Source of the DNA: Lama glama
Taxonomy: Eukaryota
Assembly (NCBI GenBank): GCA_028534125.1
Contig: CM052818.1
Coordinates: forward strand, 34,288,001-34,352,000
DNA length: 64,000 nt
Reading direction: 5' to 3'
This document shows positions 11,880-23,930 of this stretch, in pieces. Numbering within the stretch: the first letter of the stretch is position 1; the number at the start of each line of letters is the position of its first letter. A program made the translations under genes and the position numbers. The notes under the pieces were generated by a model that had not been told where the DNA came from, did no database searches, and saw only the letters and a list, made by a program, of their open reading frames with translations.

Positions 11880-12659
11880 CTTTTTTAAAAAATTGAAGTA
11901 TAGTTGATTTACAATGTTTCAGTTGTACAGCAAAGTATTTCAGTATATATCTATTCTTTTTCAGATTCTTTTTCATTATAGGTTATTATAACATATTAAA
12001 TAAAGTTCCCTGTTCTATGCAGTAGGACCTTGTTTATCTATTTTATATGTAGTAGTGGGTATCTGCTAATCCCAAACTCCTAATTTATCCCTCCTTCCAC
12101 TTTCCCCTTTGGTAACCATAAGTTTGTTTTCCATGTCTGTGAATCTATTTCTGTTTTGTAAATAAGTTCATTTGTATCTTTTTTTAGATTCCACATGTAA
12201 GTGATATCATATATTTGTCTTTGTCTGATTTACTTCACTTAGTATGATAACCTCTGAGTCCATACATGTTGTTGCAAATAGCAATATTTCATTCTTTTTG
12301 TGGCTGAGTAGTATTCCATTGTGTATATGTACAACTTCTTTAGCCAGTCATCCGTCGATCGACACTTAGGTTGCTTCCATATCTTGGCTATTGTAAATAG
12401 TGCTGCTATGAATACTGGGGTGCATGTATCTATTTGAATTAGAGTTTTCTCTGGATATGTGCCCAGAAGTGGGATTGCTGGATCATATGGTAAGTCTATT
12501 TTTAGTTTTTAACGGAGCCTCCATACTGTCCTCCATGGTAGCTGCACCAAACTACATTTCCACCAACAGTGTAGGAAGGTTTCCTTTTCTCCACACCCTT
12601 CCCAGCATTTATTATTAGTAGACTTTTTGATGGTGGCCATTCTGACTGGTGTGAGGTGA
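11880..12659 (-). mobile_element. 5'-truncated L1, 3' end, relatively young
   Basis: T-rich tail then TTGAAGTATAGTTGATTTACAATG...GCCATTCTGACTGGTGTGAGGTG, typical of an antisense L1 3'UTR and ORF2 end. Confidence 0.9.
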
Positions 12660-13479
12660 CTAATTGGGGTTTCTTTCCCTTCAGGTTTCCTCCTGGGCTG
12701 TTCTTGCCTCCTTGGAGTTTGGAGGTGAGCCTGAGGGTTGCAAATCTGTCTAATCCTGATTTTTTTTTAAAAAAGTATTAAATATCTCTATGAATTTTTT
12801 TTTCATTGGGAAGATATAATATTACAAAATTTGAAAAAATATTCTATTGAGGGTTTAGAATTACAAAACTGATATTCTTGATGCAATATATTTGACAACA
12901 GAGAGGAAGAGTTAACAGTCTCCACTTTCTTTCCCACTCCACCTCAATATTAAGTTTGGGTTGTATCTTCCTACATTTACCTCCATATCCTTGCAAACAT
13001 TGACAAACACAAATTTTAAATTATTAAAAAAAATTATATATTCAGAGTTGTGCACCTACAGATGAGAGTTTTATTCCCTCTTTTTTGAAAAAAAAAAGTG
13101 CTTTACACTATATCCATCATACTTTATAATTTGCTCTTAAAAAGACTTATTATATCATGAAAACCCTCCAGGTCAATAGATTTATTAATTTTAATAGCTA
13201 CATAATATAGATATGCCATATTTCATGGTATGGATAAACCACACATTATTTAACCATTCCGGTAGTTTCCAGTTTTTTGCTATAGCTAACAGAATAGAGA
13301 GTGTGCAGAAATAGGCATAAGAATTTATGGGAACTTAATATATAATAAAAGAGGCCTTCTAATTCTATAGAGGAAAACTCCAAAGACTGTTTATTTAATA
13401 AATGATGCAGGTATAATTTGCTAGTTTTCTGGAAAAAAAAATTAGACCTGTATCTTGTACCATATCTACAAATCATGGT

Positions 13480-14870
13480 CAACCATCATTCTACTTTTGT
13501 CTGACTTTGACTACTCTGGGCACCTCATATAAATGGGATCATATAGTATCCGTCTTAGTGTGACTAGCTTATTTTACTTAACATAATGTCCTCAAGGTTT
13601 ATCCATGTTGCAGCATGTCACAATTTCCTACGTTTTCAAGGCTAACTAACATTCCACTGTATGCACACACCATATTTGGCTTACTTCACTCTTCTGTCAA
13701 TGGACAGTCATTGCTTCCATGTTTTAGCTACTATGAATAATGCTATAATAAACACAGGTGTACAAATATCCCTTAGAGACTTTGCTTTCAATTCTTTTGA
13801 GTATGTATCCAGAAGTGGAATTGATGGATCACATAGTAAATCTATTTTTAAATATTCTTAGGAACTGTCACAGTTTTCCATAGTAGCTGAATCATTCTGT
13901 GTTCCCACCAACAGTGCACAAGTTATACATTTCTCCACATCCTGCCAACAGTTGTTATTTTCTTCTTGATACTTAATGGATGTCAGGTGGTATCTCATTG
14001 TGGTTTTGATTTGCATTTCTGTAATAACTAGTGATGTAGAGTATCCATTCATGGGCTTCTTGGCCATTTGTATATCTCCTTTGGAGATATGTCTATTCAA
14101 GTCCTTTATTGATTGATTGACTTTTTATTTTCTTATTGAAGTATAGTCAGTTTACAATGTTGTGTCAACCTCTACTTTTGAATCACTTTGCTTGTTTTTA
14201 GTTCTCTATATACTCTCATATTAACCCCGTATCAGATATGATTTGCAAGTATTTTCTCTCATTCTGTGATATTTGTCTCATATATATCATTATATATTAT
14301 ATATACATCATTGTTATTATATATCATTGTTATTTGTCTCATTATATGTATCATTGATTACATACACATCATTATGTTATTATACATATCTCACTATATA
14401 TATGTAACAAATATTTGTATTTCTGCCTTTTCCCTCTGTTGATAGTGTCCTTTGAAGCACAGAAGTTCTTAATTTTCATGAAGTCAAATTTGTCTATTTT
14501 TTCTTTTACTGTCTGTGCCTTTAGTGTCATATCCAAGAAATCACTGCCAAACCCAATGTTGTGAAGCATTTGCTCTGTGTTTTCTTCTAAGAGTTTTATA
14601 ATTGTCACTCTTACATTTAGGGTTTTGGTCCATTTTGAGTTGATTTTTCTATACAGTGTTAGGTAAGGTTCCAACTTTACTCTTTTGCATGGGGATATCC
14701 AGTTTTCCTCAACCATTTGTTGGATTGTCTTTTCCTCACTGAATAGTCTTGGCACCTGTCTCAAAAAACATTTGACCATACACACAAGGGTTTGTTTCTA
14801 GGCGTTCTATTCTATTCTATTCTGTTCCACTCCATTCCATTCCATTGGTCTGTCTATCTTTATGCCAGTG
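13480..14870 (-). mobile_element. Older L1 (ORF2 C-terminus/3'UTR), interrupted by a short L1 tail (about 14120-14172) and TA-rich and (TTCYA)n repeats
   Basis: ORFs 13858-14100 ([13 protein letters not shown]) and 14372-14785 (KLEPYLTLYRKINSKW) match L1 ORF2. Confidence 0.88.
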
Positions 14871-14874
14871 GTCA

Positions 14875-17010
14875 TTTGGATCACTCTCCCACTAAAGACA
14901 ACTAAAAAAGTTGGACAAATACATATTTTTTCTTAAAAGCATTAAATTGCTAACAAGATAGTGATTACATATGAGTTATTACTGATCCGAGACCAAAGGG
15001 AGAATGGAAATCTAGAAGTGAGCTTAACAGCAGATTAAGCCTAACCCTTTCTCCTGGAGATGTCTGCCAGTCCTAAAAGTGTAGCTGAGAAATGAGCTAA
15101 GCTTTTGGCAACCTTGTAGGGCTAGGGAAACAAAGGCTGAAGTACAGGCCTGCCAAGGTAAGCGTGATAAGCAGAACTTGGAGGGCTGGTTGTACCTTAG
15201 GAATAAAGTGAATGAGAAGCAATTTCAACCTACACTGCACCTTGGCTTTGAATCATCTGGGTGGCTCAGAAAATCTCAGACCTAAAACTGAATCAAGGTG
15301 GTTCTGAATGTCTAGTACCTCCAGGCACCTGGTAGAAAAAGCCCAACCCTACCTTGAGGAAGATACCATTCTAGAACTCAAGTTACTTCCTCACATAGAT
15401 GTGTCAGGCATCACATCAAATGTAATCAACACCAAAGAGAAAAACACGTGAGTGCGATTCAACAGAAACCACAAATAGAAACAGATCCACAGGGAGTCTA
15501 AACATGAGCGTTAACAGACACAGTCTGTAAAGCAACTATGCTCACTGTTAAAGGATAGAAAAGCTAAGTCTGACATTTTCAGCAGGGAACTAGAAACTAT
15601 AAAAAGTTTTCAAAAGAATCAAATAAAAATTCTAGAACTAAAAATACAACCACCAAAGTTAAGAAAATGGTCTTGTTTAAAAGTAGATTAGACATAGCTG
15701 AAAGAAAGTCAGTGGATCAGAGGGTAGGACAGGAGAATCAAGGAGGTATGCAGCACTGACAGACTAAAGATGGAGAATAGAGGAGGGAAAGAAACATCAA
15801 GGATACAGTGAGAAGGCCCAGCAGACAGATAACTGGCATCCCAGAACGAGGGGAGAAAGAATGAGAAGAGGCAGCATCTGAAGAAAGGACGGCCGAGAAT
15901 TTTCCAAAATTGATGAAAGACATCAGTCCACATCCAATAAACCCAATGAATGCCAAGGAAGATGAATGCCACTTAGACACAGCAGGATGACACTGCAGAA
16001 TACCAAAACCAAAGAAAAATCTTTTAAGAAGAGACTGTCAGAGAAACAGCATTAGCTTCAAAGGAGCACCCGTTGGACTGACTGCTGACCTCTCAACCGC
16101 AAAAACAGAACCAGAGAAAGGTGGAATCAGCTTTCTCATGTGAAGAAGAAAGTAACTGCCAATCTACACAGTAAGAAACTCAACATAAATTCACAAGGAT
16201 GAGGAGGACAGGAGAGGAAAAAAACAATGATAAAAATCCTGGAAGTTAAGAAGGCATATGGACAAGTAGGAACTGACTTCCAAGAGAGTGGAATCCTAAA
16301 CTAGCGGTGAGGAAAGCTGAGCATCATGACAATGTACTGGCAAAATCTTTCTAAGGCCCAGGAACAAAGAGTACCAAGTACTTCCACAGCTGGGTGTGAG
16401 TGGGGTTGGCTAACATAAAGAGGACTGGTTGAAGGCTGTTTAGGAAAGAAGTCCCCAAATGTTTCCTACCACCCAATCACTGGGTGACTCTCTTCCTCCC
16501 ATCCCAGCAAAGCCTGGAGGCTGATTCTCAAGAGAAGAGAAAATCGAGTCTCTGGGCTTGGGGAGGCCACAGCCAGGGAGATTAAGGAAGCTTATGCACC
16601 GTGAACTTTGAATGTGGATATCCTCAAAGCTCCTCCACTCAGCTCTCAGACCCAGCTAGGCCTCTGCTGTCCAAGCAGGAGGTTGGACAGCTCTCCTCTG
16701 GGGACTTGGCTGGCCTAAGAGAGCAGGGGCTCCCCCAGAAAAGACCCACCTGACAATTCTACAGTAAAGCTCCAACAGGCCCCATCAATGTGGTCAGAAC
16801 TACCCATTAGCCTTTGTCTCCCACTCTTAAACAAGAATTGTTAAACATGAAAGGAAAACCTCGTAAGTGAAAGGGAGACTTGAGCACGAAAAACAAAAAC
16901 AACTTAGAGGAAACAGGATAAAGCAGCAGAAAGAAGACAAAAACTGTAATAAAAAAATAAATAAAAATAAATATCCTTAAAATGGTATTGCATCCATGAA
17001 ACAAGAGTGG
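14875..17010 (+). mobile_element. Ancient L1M 5'UTR/ORF1 remnants
   Basis: A-rich; GAGAATTTTCCAAAATTGATGAAAGACATC and GACTGACTGCTGACCTCTCA are ORF1-like. Confidence 0.65.
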
Positions 17011-17012
17011 GA

Positions 17013-17570
17013 TGTGACAGATCACATTTTTCAGCTGTCTGAGCTCCACTCTCACCCTTGCAGGGTCACCTCCATGACACAGGGAGGTTAGAAGGCAACC
17101 AGCTGGGCTCCCAGACTCCTTTGCAGGTGCTTCTGACCAGGTGCTGCAAACGGAACACGCGGCGGGGCCTGGAAGGTGGGACACAAAGGAGAAATTTTTC
17201 TTTGGTTTTGGTAGCACCTTTGGCAGCAGAAGCAGCAGCGGAGGATGGGTGCTTCCTCTCTGTCAGCGGTGGTTGCAGCAGTACAGTCCGGAGTGGGGGC
17301 GCGATTTCTGCTCAGTAGCAATGGTGTGGTTCTAACGCAGTGGCAGCAGGGCCGTGCTTCCAGCCCAGCAGCAGTGAGTATGTGTGGGCTTCTGGCACTG
17401 GAAGCTTCTGATCTTGGGGGGGCATCCTCTCTTCCTTTTTGCTCTTCCAGACCTCTTGACATCATTTAATCGACCCCTTCCATTAAACTCCACTTTGCTT
17501 GAAATACCCAAATTGGTTTCTGTTTTCTTTTTCTTTTTTTTTGAGTAAACACTGACTGACTGGGATGCTA
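17013..17570 (+). mobile_element. ERVL LTR (LTR33-like) nested in L1 ORF1 remnant
   Basis: Starts TGTGAC; CCCAGACTCCTTTGC, GCAGCAG-rich middle, ATTAAAC...TTGCTTGAAATACC...GGTTTCTG end. Confidence 0.6.
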
Positions 17571-17654
17571 CAAATAAAGAACCATTCAAAAAAAAAAAAA
17601 AAGAGAATTCTTGGATATTAAAAATGTGAAAGCAGAAATAAAAAATTCAACAGA

Positions 17655-17761
17655 TATATATATATACATATAACTGAATGATTTTGCTGTACACTTGAAA
17701 TATTGTAAATCAACTGTACTTCAGTTTAAAAAAAGATAAACGAGAAATATTAATCTTGAAA
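17655..17761 (+). mobile_element. Very short L1 3' end with TSD
   Basis: TGCTGTACACTTGAAATATTGTAAATCAACTGTACTTCA; TSD AAAAAATTCAA(C/T)AGA at 17640-17654 and 17762-17776. Confidence 0.75.
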
Positions 17762-18534
17762 AAAAAATTCAATAGAAAGGTTAGAAGATAATGTTGGTGA
17801 AATCACCCAGAAAGCAGAAAGAAATGAAAATAAAATTCCAATAACATCAGCAAGGGTAAGTGCTCAAAGTTGGCAGTAAATTGTAATAATATCATATAAC
17901 ACTATCATGTATAAATTCTCGATGGTGCTGAAAGCACACATCCCGCCTGGCATTTGAATGTGACATGGCTACATGTGTAGTCGGGTCCTGGTGAACACAA
18001 GTTTAGGAGAGCAGAGAAGTATCAATTTAAAGAAAACTAGAGGAAGGGTATAATCTTCTAATGAATAACACTCTGACAAGAATTTTAAGTATATGCATAG
18101 ATAGAGAAGCTTTATTTGAATGTCTATGTAAATATGAGCTGATGTCGAATAGGAAAAGGTTTTTCCAAAGGGTTAAAATTTATCAAATTTTAGTTTGGTT
18201 CTTCGCTTTAGTTTGCCTCTGAATTCAGCTGGCTGACACTTCATTATTATTAGTATCTGCCCTCACTAATCATTTTCAATGCATACAAAACCTAGAAATC
18301 TTTGGGTGACACTTCTCATTTCTCTGGAAATCTCTTAAACTGCTTTCAGTTACAACAGAAGGGCAAAGTTTTTATCCACTCATACTCTGCTCCACTGGAG
18401 GCAAAAACACATCCCTCAATCCTCTTGTTTAAATTGTGGCTTTTGGCAACGTGTCCAAATGACGAACTTGATGCTAACACATAAAGAACACAGTATGATC
18501 TCTGTGCAACAGTACCTTCACTTTAATTTTTCTC

Positions 18535-19284
18535 ATTAAAGAATTATTTTTATTTTTATTATTTCTCCACAAAGAAGTTATAAAAATACCTATAAAAACA
18601 TTGAAAAGGCACTTTAAAAGCCTGGAATATAAAGTATAAATTATGATACATCTTCTATGGTTTGCAAATAAGAATAAAATAAATTCTACAAGCTAGAATT
18701 TCTGAATGATTTTGATAGGAATCTACTCGAAGGAACCAGAACATCACAACACCTTAAAGACTGTCTATTTTCATCCCAATCGAGTTTTTAAAAAGCTATA
18801 ATCTGTTGACAGGCACAATCCACACAGGAACTCGCTGTTGCCACTAATGATGAAATTAACCTGAAGGACAGAGATTTGTATGTGAGACGTGCCAGGCTCT
18901 TCTGTGCAACTGACTGAAGGAGTCTTCTCTTACTTTTCCCCCTTCTGTTTTAAATAAAAGTAAATATACATATGGTAAAAAATTTAAATGGTACAGATAG
19001 ATCTAAAATAATAAGTAAATATCCTTTTTTCCCATAACCTAGAAAATCTGATGTCTTCAAAATCATCAAACAGTCACATGAATAATTTGCAAAGTGAAGT
19101 CAACCTTGGAGTCTCTTCATCTGAAATGTGTCCATTTTCTCATATATTACCTCTGTTACAGAGGAAAGCCATGCAGTCATCTCTTTAAAAAAAAAAAAAA
19201 CTAATTACAAAAGCAACGTGCACACTCCGCTCAGAGACAGCAAGTCCAGGCAGCACCTCATACTCCATGAATCTGGTCTCACCC
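18535..19284 (-). other. CENPA: CENPA non-coding terminal exon (3'UTR)
   Basis: TTTCAG| acceptor at 19285-19286; AT-rich sequence resembling the human CENPA 3'UTR as recalled (e.g. TTTCCTCTGTAACAGAGGTAATATATG); ends just after AATAAA. Confidence 0.65.
18549..18560 (-). terminator. CENPA: CENPA polyadenylation signal (tandem AATAAA)
   Basis: Minus strand reads AATAAAAATAAA at the end of the UTR-like block. Confidence 0.7.
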
Positions 19285-19680
19285 CTGAAATTTAGGAATC
19301 ACACTTACTAACAAGGCATTTTCAAACATCAGAGCTTCAACTTAATCAACATTAAGTCATTGGATCCTTGTAAATTGGAGAAGATTAACTCTGCCAGAGA
19401 TTCAGCTTGTCTGGTCATAACTTAATTGAAAGATATCTTTATTTAACATTGTGCAAAAGGGCATGAGCTGTAGAATCCCAAGCGTTCAAGTTAAAACTTG
19501 GTCAAATCTTTTCTAAAGAACAGAGGGAAGGTGAGGCATCAGAGGACTAAGGATGGAGAAGGAAAATTCTTTCAGAGAAACTCCCACCCCAGTGATGAGA
19601 AGCTGGCTGTTCTTTCCCCCCGAAATGCACTCATGCTCTGGTGAGCAGGAAAGGCTTACAGAGACACAGGCGACAGGAGC

Positions 19681-19815
19681 TCAGCCGAGCCCTTCCTGAA
19701 TGCCTCGGATCCTCCTGGCCAGTTGCACATCCTTCGGGAAGAGAGTAACACGGCCGGCGTGTAAGGAGAGGAGGTAGGCGTCCTCAAAGAGATGAACCAG
19801 AAACGCTTCTGCCGC
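19681..19815 (-). CDS. CENPA: CENPA coding exon 4 (with stop)
   Basis: [44 protein letters not shown]; 135 nt; total CDS 414 nt = 137 aa + stop. Confidence 0.96.
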   Translation of the reverse strand, partial: AAEAFLVHLFEDAYLLSLHAGRVTLFPKDVQLARRIRGIQEGLG

Positions 19816-20121
19816 CTAAGGACAGAAAGAGGAGAAAGACTGACAGACGAGGTGTCACGGGCTGCTTTTTGCTTAGAGACATGCTCAGCTCAGTCTCTGA
19901 GGGCTTGAAGGACTATAGGAAAGACAAAGGAGACTGAACGTTGCATGGGAATTCTGCTACTGCCAAATAAGAACCTGGCCTCCACGCCCTGAGTGTTCCT
20001 TGTTGCTCTTTTTAAGGAAGTGAGATTCAGCCTGACAGTCTACAGTCAGCCACTCGGAGTTCCAGAACGCCTTTCCCCCATACTCACCCCTCACCCAATT
20101 GTACCTTGGCCCCCGTCTTAC

Positions 20122-20199
20122 CTCTTGTAGGGCCAACAGGGCTTGGGCTTGCCAATTGAAGTCCACACCACGAGTGAATTGAACACATATTTCTCTTGC
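20122..20199 (-). CDS. CENPA: CENPA coding exon 3 (loop 1/CATD)
   Basis: AREICVQFTRGVDFNWQAQALLALQE with the CENP-A RG loop; CACAG| and GAG|GTAAG; 78 nt. Confidence 0.96.
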
Positions 20200-20714
20200 C
20201 TGTGAAGGAGTGGGGATGGGAGCAAGGGAGAAGGGGAGTGGGGAGGAGCAGAGAGTAAAAGGAGATTCGAGAGAAGACAGACTCTCTCCACAAGTCTCCA
20301 TGAATCTTCATTTCCGTTATTCCTTCCTGGCCCTTAATCTTAGGACTTAACTAGTAACTGGCATCAAGTCCAGGGAGCTTAGGAATCAGCAAGTCTCTTC
20401 TTTTTTTGGTGGTGGGGAGAGGAGGAGACAGTCTCCTGGGGCAGGACAAGGGATGAAAGGGTGGCTGGATGAGAGGTTCCTGTTTACACAGTCAAAGAAC
20501 ACAGTTTCAAAGGTGGTAGTGGTTAGAAATTAATTCTGTAAAGAATTGGAAGGTGCCCTTGGCGGGCTCATGTTTTCAGAAAAAGAAGAGTCCCCAGCCA
20601 GGTTAGAGAAGAGGTCCTTTGCCCTTTGGGCAAGAGATGACAGGGCCCCAATACCTGGGAAATTTATAGACAGGAGGCCACACGGGGGTTGGCGGGGAGC
20701 TTCCTGGAGCTTAC

Positions 20715-20824
20715 CAGGCGGCAGAACGGGGCCTTCCTTAACAACAGGTGTGTGCTCTTCTGAAGAACTCGGATCTCTCTCAGTACCCGATGTCTCCGAC
20801 GACGAACTGGAAGGGAGGAAGCGC
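20715..20824 (-). CDS. CENPA: CENPA coding exon 2 (alphaN and alpha1)
   Basis: GASSLPVRRRRHRVLREIRVLQKSTHLLLRKAPFCRL; CTCAG| and CTG|GTAAG; 110 nt. Confidence 0.95.
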
Positions 20825-21389
20825 CTGAGCAAAAGAGTCGGGTCATAGGGGTAAAATGCCACGGAAGAGAGGGGACGCACTGCACCCTGGCTGTCAAACT
20901 GCCAAAGCGTAGGCCATAATAGGCTCCACAGACACAGGGCTTTCTGTCTGCTGTAGTCACTGCAGTTATCTTCAGCAGCTGGAGGACAGCGGACAGGTGC
21001 TAAATAAATATTTGGTAAATGAATGAAAAATGATCCTCTGAAGGTCTTATTTTAAATGCCAGCTCTTCCATGCAGCCTTTCCCGACTCCCAATCCCTTCC
21101 AAACCGATGGGTCACCTCCCTTCTCTGGGCCCCACAGTACTCTGTGTATCTCCTCTTATCTTTCCCACTGAGATTGGAAACCAAGTTATTTTGGTTTTAG
21201 GTCTTTTTTTAAGAGCTGGAAGGAATCTGAGAGATTTTCTAGTACAATTCCCTTGCCACGGTTATCCTGAGGTCCCGAGAGGTGAAGACAGTCGGCCACA
21301 GCTCATTAGTGGCTGAGGTGGGACCTCAGAAGTGGCATAACTCAGTGCCAGTGCCTTTGGGCCCTGGAGTCAAAGCCTAGTTCCAACAA

Positions 21390-21900
21390 CAAACAAGAAA
21401 AAAAATCTGAACAGCATTTCCAAAAAGTAGAAATCAAAAAAGTCAAACTCTCTGATCAGAAATTAAAAACACAGGAATACAAAAAATAAAAATTTTTCTA
21501 ACTCTTGATACTTCATTGAAATTAGACTATTTAGAAATGAATAAAAATTAAAAGTCTACATCAAAACTATCTATCTCAAAACTCAAGAGATAAAGCCAAA
21601 TAGTAATAGAGGAAAATGCACAGCCTTGAGATCTATCTACCAGAAAATAAGAACATTAAAAGATAACTTGGCTAAGTGTTCAACTCACGTATTTAGAAGA
21701 GAATTATTAAAATAAACCAAAAGAAGGTAGAGTAAAAGTAATATTAAGGGTAATAAACTAAGTTAATGAAAAAAGAGTACAAAACCCAAAACAGTACAGT
21801 TGCTCCATAAATTAAACCAAGAGCCTATAAAAATGAATGGACTTCTGATAAGTTGAAAAGAAAAACCCCACAAAAACTAACATTTTGAAGAATAAAATTT
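21390..21900 (+). mobile_element. Ancient L1 ORF2 remnant (CENPA intron 1)
   Basis: A-rich degenerate ORF2-like sequence. Confidence 0.5.
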
Positions 21901-22431
21901 GCTTCAGAAATGTTATTCATGGTCTAGCCAAGAAGAGAACCCACACCAAGTAGCTGAATAGAAAAAATTTAATACAGTGAACTAATTACCAAGTGTGAGA
22001 AGAGGTACCAGAGCGAACGGGGACAGAGAGGCAGGGCAGGATGCCCTGGCAGTGGAGACTTTATCCCGGGACCAGAGAAACAGGGCAGTGTCCAGGGGAT
22101 GTTTTAGGAGGAAGAGGAGAAAGAGGGAGGCCCCATACCCAGGAGATGAGTCGCTGGCACCTGTCTCCCTCCTCATCACCCGCCTGCAATCCACCATCAC
22201 TGGAGGCAGCCTTTATTAATCAGACAGAGCAGTCACAGGAAGTGTAATGAGCACAACTAAAGATCACCAAGCAAGGCCAACACCATGAAAGGACAGGAAC
22301 AAACTCAACACACAAAACAACCAGTACAAGAGGGACCTGTGAAGAGAGAGACTTTGAAATATACATAATAACCTCAGAGGGATAGGGGAAGATGTGAAGT
22401 CTATGACCCAAGAACAAGAACAAGTGCTTAT

Positions 22432-22967
22432 CTGCTTACAATAGCCACAACCTAAATGTCTATCAACAGATGACTGGATAAAGAAGTTGTGGTATATTTA
22501 TACAATGGAATACTACTCAGCCATAAAAATAATGCCATTTGCAGCAACATGGATGGACCTGGAGAATGTCATGCTAAGTGAAGAAGCCAGAAAGAGAAAG
22601 AAAAATACCATATGATACCCTTTATATATGGAATCTAAAAAAAAAAAGATAAACGAATTTATTTACAAAACAGAAACAGACTCACAGACACAGAAAACAA
22701 ACTATGGTTACCAGGTGGGGAAGTGAGTGGGAAGAGATAAATTGGGAGTTCTAGATTTGCATGCACTAACTAATATACATAAAATAGACATAAAGTTTAT
22801 ACTGTATAGCACAGAGAACTATATTCAATATCTTATAGTAACTTAGGGTGAAAAAGAATATGAAAATGAATATACGTGTTTCTGTATGACTGAAGTATTG
22901 TGCTGTACACCAGAAATTGACACATTGTAAACTCACTATACTTCAATAAAATATATTTTTTAAAAAA
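22432..22967 (+). mobile_element. 5'-truncated young L1 with 16-bp TSD (CENPA intron 1)
   Basis: ACAATGGAATACTACTCAGCC...GCAGCAACATGGATGGACCTGGAG...AATAAA plus A tail; TSD AAGAACAA(G/A)TGCTTAT at 22416-22431 and 22968-22983. Confidence 0.9.
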
Positions 22968-23039
22968 AAGAACAAATGCTTATGAAAAGCAACCAATCAG
23001 AGAGGTCATGGGATGGAACTGGGATTAAATTCAATAGTT

Positions 23040-23930
23040 GGATCTTGAAGTGCTGATATAAATTGGGATTTAATTCCAAAGTGATAAGAAGCCACAGAAG
23101 AGCTTTAAGCAGGACAAAGAGATAATCCATTTACATTTCAAGACCATTCCAGCTGCTGTGTAAAGAAAGAACCAAAAAGGGTGAAGAGTGGAAGTGAAGT
23201 AGTAGCTGGGTTAGGATGCTGGGGGCTTGGATTAGGCGGTGGGGGTTGAGAAGGCAACAAGTGGCATGCTTAGGATGCGATCTGGAGGTAGGACTGCCTG
23301 AGCTTACATTTGGATTGGATGAAGGTAGGGGTAAGATGAAGAAGCTCTCCCAGGCTTCTGGCTTCAACAACTCTGTGGGGGGCTGTGCCATCTCCTGAAA
23401 TGGGGGAAGTGGGGATGAAGAGGCAGGAGGGGAGTAACAAAATGTTCAGTTTAGATGTGTTTAGTGTGGCAGACCCAAGAGTCGTCAAATGGAAAGGCAG
23501 TTGGACACCGGTACAGGGGTCAAAGGGGAGATCTGGGCTGGAGATATAAATGTGAGTGTTATCAGTGTATGCGTGGTATTAGAGTCACAGGAAAGGATGA
23601 GCCCACCTGGGGAAGGGAAAAAAAGGAAAAGGAGACCACAGAAGTCCAACTTGCTGAAGAGACATAGCACAGGCAGCAAAAATGCCGAGCAGAAACTGCA
23701 GAGTATGTGTATCACAGAAGCCAAGGGGATGGTGTGTTTCAAGGAAAACATGGCCCGCTGAGTCAGATCTTCTGAGACTGGGTAAGAGAAGGACACAGGC
23801 TTGTCTGGAGTTGGCAACATGAAAGTAGCTGGTGATCTTGACAAGAGGAGTTCAAGTAGAAGTAGGGGTAATGGTTGTGGGAGTCAGATTGGAATGGGTT
23901 GAAGGGTGGCTGGGAAAAGGGGAAACAGAC
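23040..23930 (-). mobile_element. L2 LINE remnant
   Basis: GAAGCCACAGAAGAGCTTTAAGCAGG, TTCAGTTTAGATGTG and GGAGATCTGGGCTGGAGATATAAAT motifs. Confidence 0.7.

Noticed and set aside
13858..14785. ORFs with recognisable protein similarity
   Set aside because: Fragmented L1 ORF2, not host genes
17088..17465. Cys-rich 125-aa ORF / possible processed pseudogene
   Set aside because: Lies in the GCA-rich middle of an LTR33-like element
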